Positions 18,843 through 27,490 of a stretch of DNA of 64,000 nt are shown here, in pieces. The notes under the pieces are model-generated. The model did no database searches and was not told the origin of the DNA. It saw only the letters and a program-made list of their open reading frames with translations. The stretch is from Oceanispirochaeta sp. (GTDB lineage: Bacteria > Spirochaetota > Spirochaetia > DSM-2461). Every line of letters starts with the position of its first letter. Within the stretch, counting starts at the first letter, position 1. The position numbers and the translations under genes were made by a program. The stretch lies in the NCBI GenBank assembly GCA_963663385.2, contig CAXXXD010000004.1, positions 96,001 through 160,000 on the forward strand. The letters are read 5' to 3'.

Positions 18843-20162
18843 ATGGTTACAGAGATACTGGATGCGGATAAACAATGGTATCAGCAGGCGAGATTCGGGC
18901 TCTTCATTCACTGGGGATTATACTCTCTTGCCGCCAGGCATGAGTGGGTAAGAACCTATGAAGAGATTCCCGAAAAAGAATACGACAGAAAATACCGGGA
19001 TCATTTTGATCCTGATCTTTATAATCCGGAGGAATGGGCGGATGCTGCCGAAAAAGCAGGAATGAAGTATGTTGTTCTTACTGTGAAGCACCATGACGGA
19101 TTCTGTCTGTGGGACAGCAGGTTCTCTGACTATAATTCCTGCAACTGTCCTGCGGAAAAGGACCTGTTGAAACCCTTTCTTGACGCCTTCAGAAAGCGGG
19201 GCCTCAGGGTAGGCTTGTACTATTCTTTGATAGACTGGCATCATCCTGATTTTGTAATTGATCAGCATCACCCTTTAAGAAACAGTTCAGACGCGCTTCA
19301 GAAGAAAAGGGATCAGAAGAAATACAGTGAATATCTGTATAATCAGGTTGAAGAACTCCTTACAGATTATGGAAAAATCGATATCCTCTGGTTTGATTTT
19401 TCCTATGGAGATCCGGACTCTCCCCTGGATTTTTCCAAAGGGAAGGGAAAAGAGGCGTGGGAGAGTGAAAAACTGGTTGCCATGGTAAGGCGGAAGCAGC
19501 CCCATATTCTTCTGAATGACAGACATGGCCTGGATGACGACGATTCCTGGGATTTCAAGACTCCAGAGCAGTTTATGCCAAGGGAATGGTACCGGTATAA
19601 AGGGGAAAAAACTGTTTGGGAAGCCTGTCAGACTTTTTCCGGTTCCTGGGGATACTTTCGGGATGAGCACGACTGGAGGAGCAGCCGGCAGATACTAGCC
19701 ACTTTAATCCAATGTGTTTCTTCCGGAGGAAATCTTCTAATGAATATAGGCCCTGACGGGAGGGGAAAGATTGATGAAAGAGCCTTGTCCAGAATGGACA
19801 GTATCGGGAAATGGATGAGATTGAACGGAAGATCCGTATATGGATGCACGGCTCCTCCCGAAAAATACTCTGTTCCTTCAAATTGCATGATGACCTATAA
19901 TCCTGAGAGGCGCAGTCTGTATATTCATATTTTTAACTGGCCCTATAAGCATCTGCATCTTGACGGACAGGTATATCCGGAGGACGCCGTCTATGCCCAG
20001 TTTCTCCATGACGGATCGGAGGTTCAGTTCAAAGGTTTGGAAGAGTGGCAGGAACATGCGGCTCTGGATGCCGGATTTGATCCGAAAAAATCCCTGACCC
20101 TGCTCCTTCCACAGAAGGAACCTGATGTAATAATCCCGGTTATTGAGCTCTTTCTGGGATAA
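18843..20162 (+). CDS. Alpha-L-fucosidase (GH29)
   Basis: ARFGLFIHWG, TVKHHDGFCLW, GLYYSLIDWHHP, LWFD nucleophile, GGNLLMNIGP. Confidence 0.93.
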   Translation: MVTEILDADKQWYQQARFGLFIHWGLYSLAARHEWVRTYEEIPEKEYDRKYRDHFDPDLYNPEEWADAAEKAGMKYVVLTVKHHDGFCLWDSRFSDYNSCNCPAEKDLLKPFLDAFRKRGLRVGLYYSLIDWHHPDFVIDQHHPLRNSSDALQKKRDQKKYSEYLYNQVEELLTDYGKIDILWFDFSYGDPDSPLDFSKGKGKEAWESEKLVAMVRRKQPHILLNDRHGLDDDDSWDFKTPEQFMPREWYRYKGEKTVWEACQTFSGSWGYFRDEHDWRSSRQILATLIQCVSSGGNLLMNIGPDGRGKIDERALSRMDSIGKWMRLNGRSVYGCTAPPEKYSVPSNCMMTYNPERRSLYIHIFNWPYKHLHLDGQVYPEDAVYAQFLHDGSEVQFKGLEEWQEHAALDAGFDPKKSLTLLLPQKEPDVIIPVIELFLG

Positions 20163-20203
20163 ATAGACTGGGATGCTGAATGCCGCGAAAAAGGAATGGC
20201 CTC

Positions 20204-22351
20204 ATGAAAAAAAAGCATAGTCAGATGTTCTTCTCTCCGATACTGATATCGATTCTTGCTATTATCACTCCCAGTATTTTTTTTCTGATTCTGCTGATGA
20301 ACTTTTCTCTGAAGAACTCGATTTCCATGGCGGAAAAGGTAAATAAGCACATGCTGGATCAGATCCGGGACCAGATTGAGAGTGTTTTTGAAGAGATGGA
20401 AATGGTGTCCCTCTCCTTTATAATGAATCCTTCGGTCAACAGTATATTCAGGATTCTGGGCAGTGGCGAGTCGCTCGATTACTCCCGGGTATACGAAATC
20501 CAGAAACAGCTCCCCAGATATGATCTCTCCAACAGCTATATCAGAGGGGTTGATATTATCTATAAAGCCAATAATCTGATACTGAATCCCTCCGGGTCAA
20601 TCATTGATTTTTATGGCTCTCTCGGACAGAAAATCTTTCCGGATCAGGATAATATCCAATATGATAAGCAGCTATGGGGGGAAAAGTACCATAATCAGAT
20701 TCTCTCGACAGAGGGGGGCGTATGGTTTCTTAATACCTTTCCCCTCGAATCCCAGACCCCTGCGGCTTTGATTCTGATAGAACTGAATAAGTTTTCATTT
20801 TATGATCTGCTGTCTTTTTTCGATATCGGGGAGGATGGGCAGATCGGTATCTATTCAGACGGCCGGGAGATCCTCAGATACCCGGAAAACAGGCAGGTAA
20901 CAGGACGCGGTAGGCTGCTGACAAATACGCTCTCTTCTTCCGATAAAAGCTGGAAGATACAATATGCGGTTCCCTATACCCATATCCTCGACTCAGTTCG
21001 CAGTATACGCCGTATACAGGTCGGGATCACACTCATCAGTATTGTCACTACAATGATTCTGGGATTCATCCTGGTCAAATGGAATTCCAAGCCCCTGTTG
21101 AGGCTGATAGGGAAATTGTCCTCCGATTCCGATTTTGCGCATCTGGACGGAATCAATAAGTATGAACTCATCAATTCAAGGGTTGATTCCGTTCTGGAAG
21201 AACGGAAGAATCTGAAAAATCAGATCCAGCTTCAGAAGAAAATACTGCAGCACAGTTATATCGGAAATCTTATCAGGGGAGATTTCGGCGATACAGAGGA
21301 ATCCCAGGAACTGGCCCGGATCGCAGGGGTTACATCATCCATGTTCCCTATGGCTGTCTTTATCACAAAACCTGTAAAGCCGCTGGAAAGAGGTCTTGAT
21401 TCTTTTGTCAGTCAGAATGAAATCGGAATGGCAATTATCAGGTTTACACGCGAGATATTCAATTATAGTGTTACAAACTACCCACTTGAGAGGGGCGATC
21501 TGCTGACCCTGCTCAGTGTTCCGGCTGAAAAGGATCCTCGTCATTTTCTGGAATTTCAATTGATTCCGTACCTGAAGGATAACGGGTTCAGGTCCATCTC
21601 GGTATTTTATGGAGGAATCGTTGATGATGCGGAAGGAATCCATAACGCCGCTGCCGATGCGGAACTTATGCTTCTGGCCTCTTCCGCGGGACAGGTCGGA
21701 TTTTTCGATACCGTTCCATCCATTCAGAAAATCGAAACCTTCATATACCCCCTGGAATGGGAAGTGAAGTTATCCACGTTTATCCGGGCGGGAAACAGGG
21801 AGCGTGTTCTGAAGCTTCTGAATGAGATTGAACGGGTGAATTTTGTAGAAAACCATTTCAGTATCTATTCTATCCATCAGCTGTTGGGCCAGCTGGCAGG
21901 CACCCTGGCCAGATGTATGAACGGGATATTCCATCCGTATCCTGAAACGACAGACCCCCATGCCGTCTTTCTGGAGATAAAAGACCGATTTCTGTCCATA
22001 ACGGCCAGGAATGCACGGCAGAGGGAAAACGAAGATGATATTCTGAAAGATCGTATTTCCGGCTATCTTATGAAGCACTATCAGAATCCCGGTTTTACGA
22101 TCCATCATCTTGCAGAGTACACCGGGTTATCTGAAACTGTGTTCTATAATACGTTCAGAAGGCTTTTCGGAGTTACATTAGCCAGCTATCTTGAAGACCT
22201 GAGAATCAGGAAGGGAACGGAACTGCTGGAATCGGGAATGAAAATTTCGGATGTCGCTTATCAGTCCGGTTATGCCAATTCACAAACGTTCAGAAGGGTT
22301 TTTAAAAAAATCACCGGTGTAACGCCGTCAGACTTCGCCAGATCGGGTTGA
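20204..22351 (+). CDS. Membrane-anchored AraC-family regulator with extracytoplasmic sensor domain
   Basis: Two TM segments flanking a periplasmic region; C-terminal DVAYQSGYANSQTFRRVFKKITGVTP. Confidence 0.85.
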   Translation: MKKKHSQMFFSPILISILAIITPSIFFLILLMNFSLKNSISMAEKVNKHMLDQIRDQIESVFEEMEMVSLSFIMNPSVNSIFRILGSGESLDYSRVYEIQKQLPRYDLSNSYIRGVDIIYKANNLILNPSGSIIDFYGSLGQKIFPDQDNIQYDKQLWGEKYHNQILSTEGGVWFLNTFPLESQTPAALILIELNKFSFYDLLSFFDIGEDGQIGIYSDGREILRYPENRQVTGRGRLLTNTLSSSDKSWKIQYAVPYTHILDSVRSIRRIQVGITLISIVTTMILGFILVKWNSKPLLRLIGKLSSDSDFAHLDGINKYELINSRVDSVLEERKNLKNQIQLQKKILQHSYIGNLIRGDFGDTEESQELARIAGVTSSMFPMAVFITKPVKPLERGLDSFVSQNEIGMAIIRFTREIFNYSVTNYPLERGDLLTLLSVPAEKDPRHFLEFQLIPYLKDNGFRSISVFYGGIVDDAEGIHNAAADAELMLLASSAGQVGFFDTVPSIQKIETFIYPLEWEVKLSTFIRAGNRERVLKLLNEIERVNFVENHFSIYSIHQLLGQLAGTLARCMNGIFHPYPETTDPHAVFLEIKDRFLSITARNARQRENEDDILKDRISGYLMKHYQNPGFTIHHLAEYTGLSETVFYNTFRRLFGVTLASYLEDLRIRKGTELLESGMKISDVAYQSGYANSQTFRRVFKKITGVTPSDFARSG

Positions 22352-22377
22352 TTCCCCCGCATCTGGTTCATTCCCGG

Positions 22378-23043
22378 CTATTCATTCTCCTTGAACAGAT
22401 CGAACCGGTTATGAATTCCCAGTTTCGAGTAGACCTTGGTAATGTGATTCTTGGCTGTCTGTTCGGCAATAAAGAGATGATCGGCAATCTCCCGGTTGTT
22501 CATACCCCTGGTCAGAAGTTTATAGATTTCCATCTCCCTGGGAGTCAGCTCTTCAAGAAATTCCAGCTGTCTCTCTTTCTGTTTCTTATGCTGGGAAATA
22601 TGGGCCGCCGTTTCATGCATCTGCTTCTGGAAGAGTTGTTTCGCCACATCCGGCGCCAGAAGGACAGAGCCTTTGTTGACCGTTCGGATAAAGGATACGA
22701 GTTCTTCCGGTGCAATGTCTTTCAGCAGGTAGCCGGCGGCGCCGAAGCGTAAGGCTTCCCTGACATCCTCATCATCGCTGAATGTGGTGAGCATTATAAC
22801 TCTGACGTACGGAAAGAACCGCAGAATCTGCCGTGTTGCTTTTACCCCGTCCATAAGGGGCATTCGCACATCCATAAGTATGACATCCGGGGGAGTCTTT
22901 TCAACAAGTTCGATGGCTTCTTTTCCGTTGTTGGCTGTTCCGATAACTTCAATATCCCCGTTGCTGAGGGTTTCAATAACTATCTTCATACTTTCTATGA
23001 AGAGGACCTTATCATCCGCCAGTATTACCCTGATCTTTTCCAT
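22378..23043 (-). CDS. NarL/LuxR-family response regulator
   Basis: LADD, DVILMDVRMP, LTPREMEI...NREIA HTH. Confidence 0.93.
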   Translation of the reverse strand: MEKIRVILADDKVLFIESMKIVIETLSNGDIEVIGTANNGKEAIELVEKTPPDVILMDVRMPLMDGVKATRQILRFFPYVRVIMLTTFSDDEDVREALRFGAAGYLLKDIAPEELVSFIRTVNKGSVLLAPDVAKQLFQKQMHETAAHISQHKKQKERQLEFLEELTPREMEIYKLLTRGMNNREIADHLFIAEQTAKNHITKVYSKLGIHNRFDLFKENE

Positions 23044-23046
23044 TTT

Positions 23047-24252
23047 CTATCCTTTGTAGGGGAGATTGATTCGGATCTCAAATCCTCTGGAAAGGTTTCT
23101 GTACGAGAATCTTCCCCTATATTTCTTCATCCTTTCTTCTATGCCGTAGAAACCCAGCCCTTTTTCCGCATTTTCACAGCCCCGGCCGTTATCCATGATC
23201 AGGGCGGACAGTTCCTCATCCATTATCCACAGATAGATGGAAACCTCTGTTGCCCTGCCGTGCTTGAAAGCGTTAGTCAGGCCTTCCTGAATGAAGAGGA
23301 ACAGTATATGAAAAACATCCTTTCCCAGGAAATTCGGCAGGTTTCCCAACTCTATCCTGATCCGGATTCCTGTGATTTTTTCAAAGCGGTTGGTCATTTC
23401 CTTCAGGCTTAACAGATCACAGTTGGAGGCGCTGCTTCTATTATGCAGTCCTCTGAGGATAACTCTCAATTCTCTAAGGGAGATCTTGGCCTGTTCTTTG
23501 GCTTTGGTCAGCAGTTGGGGAATCGAGGGATTGTTTCCGTCCCGGGTATTCAGGACTGTTACCGCTTCCAGCAGGGCAATAATGTTCACCAGAGAGTAGC
23601 TTACGGTATCGTGGATTTCATGTATGAATATTTTTCGCTCTTCCTCGTATACCAGATGAGATTCCGATTGAGAGCTGCCTTGAAGAACCGTTCCCGAAGA
23701 TGAGTAATTTTTTATGATGTTCTTCATATTGGCGTTGATTTCCAGGGTTTCATTCAGCCTGGACTGCAAAACCCGTATATGCCTGAATAGAAGGGCTTCT
23801 CCCCAGAAAATAATATTGATCAGCAGAATCGATTCGACGGGAGGAGCATTTACTGTTGTCCACCAGAGGATGGTCTCTCTCTGCAGGATACTGAATCCTG
23901 CGGAAGTAAGACCCAGAAGGATAAAAAGAGAGCTCCCTCTGATATGGAAACACAGATCGGTTGCAATGACGGACATCAGGATCAGTTCCAGAATCAAGTC
24001 TTCTCCCTCGGCATTTCCGATGGTGAAACAGATCAGAAAGTGGAGAAATGCTGCTGCATAGGGGGCCCAGGTTTTCTGTCCGCCCGGCAAAGAGAGAAAC
24101 AGGGATACCAGATAGCTGATAATCAGCAAAACGCAGATCTGCCCCTGCCAGTAAACGGGAATGAAGTCCGGGCGCTTTCTGAAAACGACAAAGAGGATAG
24201 CTGTGGTGTGGGCGACTGATGTAATATACAAACGGCTAATAGAATTTTTCAT
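23047..24252 (-). CDS. Sensor histidine kinase (HisKA_3/NarX type)
   Basis: HEIHDTV, QEGLTNAFKHG, DNGRG, GLGFYGIEER. Confidence 0.9.
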   Translation of the reverse strand: MKNSISRLYITSVAHTTAILFVVFRKRPDFIPVYWQGQICVLLIISYLVSLFLSLPGGQKTWAPYAAAFLHFLICFTIGNAEGEDLILELILMSVIATDLCFHIRGSSLFILLGLTSAGFSILQRETILWWTTVNAPPVESILLINIIFWGEALLFRHIRVLQSRLNETLEINANMKNIIKNYSSSGTVLQGSSQSESHLVYEEERKIFIHEIHDTVSYSLVNIIALLEAVTVLNTRDGNNPSIPQLLTKAKEQAKISLRELRVILRGLHNRSSASNCDLLSLKEMTNRFEKITGIRIRIELGNLPNFLGKDVFHILFLFIQEGLTNAFKHGRATEVSIYLWIMDEELSALIMDNGRGCENAEKGLGFYGIEERMKKYRGRFSYRNLSRGFEIRINLPYKG

Positions 24253-24386
24253 AATCTGTTTGAAACTTTGATCAGTATAGTCCTAGTACAGGAGTACTAC
24301 AATCAAAATCAAAAGAGTACAGTGGTAACTTTTCCGGAGTTCTATCCCGCTGTATGGTTATGAAAAATCAATAAAGGAGATTGAAT

Positions 24387-25703
24387 ATGAAGAAATTGGT
24401 TACCTTGTGTCTGGCCGCGCTGCTGATGGCAGGCGGGCTGTTTGCTTCCGGAAGTCAGGACGAGGCTGTTCCTGTAGATGAGAATGGAAGGACCAAAGTT
24501 GTGTTCTGGACCAGTCATACCATGAGTGACTTTGATGCTATGGAAAAAGTCGTCAAGGATTTCAATGCATCACAGGATGAAATCACTGTAGAAATCGTTC
24601 AGGTGGTCGGTTCCGAAACGGATACTACAAAGCTAATGACAGCCGTTGTCGGCGGTGTCGGCCCGGATGTGTACCTTCTGGACAGGTTTACAGTTGCCCA
24701 GAGAGCTTCCGAAGGACTTCTGGTAGATCTTACACCCTATATGGAGGAAGAGGGTGATCTGGGCAGCAACTATGTTGATTATGCCTGGGAGGAAGTCAAT
24801 TTTCAGAACCACCTTTACGGACTTCCCTATGATACGGATGCCCGGGTGGTGTACTACAATAAAAACCTGATCAGAGAAGCCGGATTGAATGTCGCTGAAT
24901 GGGATGCCGCAAATGGCCCTATGGATATAGAGTCATTCAAGAAAGCCTGTTTTGCCATGAACAAAACAGATGGAACCGGAGCCTATACGCAAATCGGGTT
25001 TAATCCTTTTATCGATCAGGCCTGGCATTATACCTGGGCATTTGCTTTTGATGCTGATATCTACGATGCTTCAGCCAACAGGATTATCATGGCGGATGAT
25101 CCCGGTATGAGTGAGGCTTTTCAGTTCCTTTATGACTGGTCAAAAGATATGAACCCCCAGAAAAATGTAACCTGGGAATCCACTTACTTTCCTCCCAATA
25201 CGCCCCCTTCAAACCATCCTTTTATTACAGGAAAGACCGCTGCCGTTGTTACGGGTGACTGGTTTCTCAGAACTCTTGAGGATTACGGTAAGGATATCGA
25301 CTGGGGTATAACCTATATCCCCACTCCCGACAAATCCAAATCCTCCTGGTCCGGTGGCTGGAGTCTGGTAATACCCGAAGGTTCCAAGGTTGTTGAGGCG
25401 GCCTATAAGTTTATGCGCTATTTTGCCGGAGAAGAGGGGCAGATGATCTATGTGAGAGATACCCATCATCTTCCCACATGGAAATCCCTCTATGACAATG
25501 AATCTCTTTACAGTGCAAATCATACATTCTTTAAAAACCTGCTTCCTTATTCCAACTCCAGACCTGCCGTTCCCGTTGGTGCGCTTCTCTGGGACCAGCT
25601 GACTGTTGTGCAGGATAAAATGGAACTGGCCAGTGAAGAACCCGTAAAGGCTCTTGTCGAGGCTCAGGAACTTGTTAACAACCGTCTGAAACAGATCCGG
25701 TAA
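24387..25703 (+). CDS. Sugar ABC substrate-binding protein
   Basis: Signal peptide LFASGSQD; LYGLPYDTD; GGWSLVIP. Confidence 0.88.
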   Translation: MKKLVTLCLAALLMAGGLFASGSQDEAVPVDENGRTKVVFWTSHTMSDFDAMEKVVKDFNASQDEITVEIVQVVGSETDTTKLMTAVVGGVGPDVYLLDRFTVAQRASEGLLVDLTPYMEEEGDLGSNYVDYAWEEVNFQNHLYGLPYDTDARVVYYNKNLIREAGLNVAEWDAANGPMDIESFKKACFAMNKTDGTGAYTQIGFNPFIDQAWHYTWAFAFDADIYDASANRIIMADDPGMSEAFQFLYDWSKDMNPQKNVTWESTYFPPNTPPSNHPFITGKTAAVVTGDWFLRTLEDYGKDIDWGITYIPTPDKSKSSWSGGWSLVIPEGSKVVEAAYKFMRYFAGEEGQMIYVRDTHHLPTWKSLYDNESLYSANHTFFKNLLPYSNSRPAVPVGALLWDQLTVVQDKMELASEEPVKALVEAQELVNNRLKQIR

Positions 25704-25718
25704 GGAATAAGGATTTAT

Positions 25719-26609
25719 ATGGTACGGTTAATGGAAAAGAAAAACAGGCGCCTATTGACTGCAGGGCTGCTACTTATAAGCCCCTGGCTTCTAAATATGC
25801 TGGTTATGATCGTTTACCCCATGGGATTTAATTTCTACGCCGGGTTTACCATGTTCAGCGGATTGAAACCGCCGGTCTGGATCGGATTTGATAATTATTC
25901 CATGATCTTCGAAGATAAGCTCTATTGGCACTCTCTGTACAATACCCTGTACTTTACCCTGTTAGCCGTACCCATCGGCGTTGTAACAGCCATGCTTCTG
26001 GCTCTGGCCATGAACCAGAAGTTCAAGGAAATCCCGGTTTATCGGGCTATCCTGGCTCTGCCTTCGGTACTGCCGATTTTTGCCATTTCCCTTGTTTTCA
26101 TGTGGGTGATGAATCCCCGTTATGGTGTGATAAATATCATCCTGGGGCTTCTGGGAATCCATATTGACTGGCTGGGAGATCCGGCATGGTCCAAGTTCTC
26201 CCTGGTAATGATGGCACAGCTGGGGGCAGGACAGTACGGATTGATTTTTCTGGCTTCCATGCAGGGAATAGACCCGTCTCTCTATGATGCGGCATCCATA
26301 GACGGAGCCAACTCATTTCAAAGATTCTTCAGGGTTACCCTGCCGTTGATGACACCCATTATTCTCTATGATTTGATTGTTGGGATTGGAGGCGGACTTC
26401 AGGTCTTTACCCAGGCGTACATTATGACTGAAGGCGGTCCGGCAAATTCCACTATGTTCAATGCCCTGTATATTTACAATAATGCTTTTAAATACGGAAA
26501 TTCCGTAGGATATGCATCGGCTATGTCCAATCTGCTTTTCCTGATCAATATCGTTTTAGCTATCATAATTTTCAGAACATCCCGCTACTGGGTTTACGAA
26601 GGGGAGTAA
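25719..26609 (+). CDS. Sugar ABC permease
   Basis: LYDAASIDGA, MTEGGP. Confidence 0.9.
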   Translation: MVRLMEKKNRRLLTAGLLLISPWLLNMLVMIVYPMGFNFYAGFTMFSGLKPPVWIGFDNYSMIFEDKLYWHSLYNTLYFTLLAVPIGVVTAMLLALAMNQKFKEIPVYRAILALPSVLPIFAISLVFMWVMNPRYGVINIILGLLGIHIDWLGDPAWSKFSLVMMAQLGAGQYGLIFLASMQGIDPSLYDAASIDGANSFQRFFRVTLPLMTPIILYDLIVGIGGGLQVFTQAYIMTEGGPANSTMFNALYIYNNAFKYGNSVGYASAMSNLLFLINIVLAIIIFRTSRYWVYEGE

Positions 26610-26612
26610 GCT

Positions 26613-27464
26613 GTGACAACCATTAATAAAAGACAACTGACGAGATTTGTATCCCGGTTCTTTCTCATGCTTATCTGTATCTGTTTCATTCTGCCACTGT
26701 ACTGGATGATCATCTCTGCACTGAAAAGTCCCGAGGAACTGGTGCAGTTTCCGCCGACACTGGTTGTGAAGAATCCGGTCTGGTTCAACTACATTGAGGC
26801 CGTGAGGTTTATCCCCTTTTTCCGGTATTTCTGGAATACAACACTCATAGCCCTGCTGACCTGCACAGGTGCCATTGTATCCAACTATGTAGTCGCCTAC
26901 GGTTTCTCCCGGATCAAGTGGCCCGGACGGGATCAGGTTTTTTATACGGTGCTGATCTCCATTTTTATTTTCATCTCATTCCCGGTCAATATCATGACCA
27001 TGCTGCCTCTGTTCAAACTGTTTGCCCGAATGGGGTGGGTGAATTCCTATCTGCCCCTTATACTGCCGGCTTTTTTCGGCAACCCCTTTTTCATTTTTCT
27101 GATGAGACAGTTCCTCTCCCAGATTCCCCACTCCATTTCGGAGGCGGCGACCATAGACGGAGCCGGGGTTGTCACAACCATGGTGAGGATTATACTGCCC
27201 CTGGCCAAACCTGCTCTCGGTGTTACGGCAATTCTGACCCTGGTCGGTTCCTGGAACGACTTTATGGGACCACTCATATACCTTCATGATGAAGTGAAAT
27301 ATACCCTCTCCATCGGACTGACCCAGTATACCACCGCCCATGATGTGGAGTGGAATCTTCTGATGGCGGCTTCCGCCCTGGTCATCCTGCCGGAGATTCT
27401 CATCTTTCTATTCTTCCAGCGTTATTTTATCGAAGGGATCAACCTCGGCAGTGTAAAAAGCTGA
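26613..27464 (+). CDS. Sugar ABC permease
   Basis: EAATIDGA, WNDFMGPLIYL, FQRYFIEGI. Confidence 0.9.
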   Translation: MTTINKRQLTRFVSRFFLMLICICFILPLYWMIISALKSPEELVQFPPTLVVKNPVWFNYIEAVRFIPFFRYFWNTTLIALLTCTGAIVSNYVVAYGFSRIKWPGRDQVFYTVLISIFIFISFPVNIMTMLPLFKLFARMGWVNSYLPLILPAFFGNPFFIFLMRQFLSQIPHSISEAATIDGAGVVTTMVRIILPLAKPALGVTAILTLVGSWNDFMGPLIYLHDEVKYTLSIGLTQYTTAHDVEWNLLMAASALVILPEILIFLFFQRYFIEGINLGSVKS

Positions 27465-27490
27465 AAAGCAATCCCAAAGGAGTACGTATA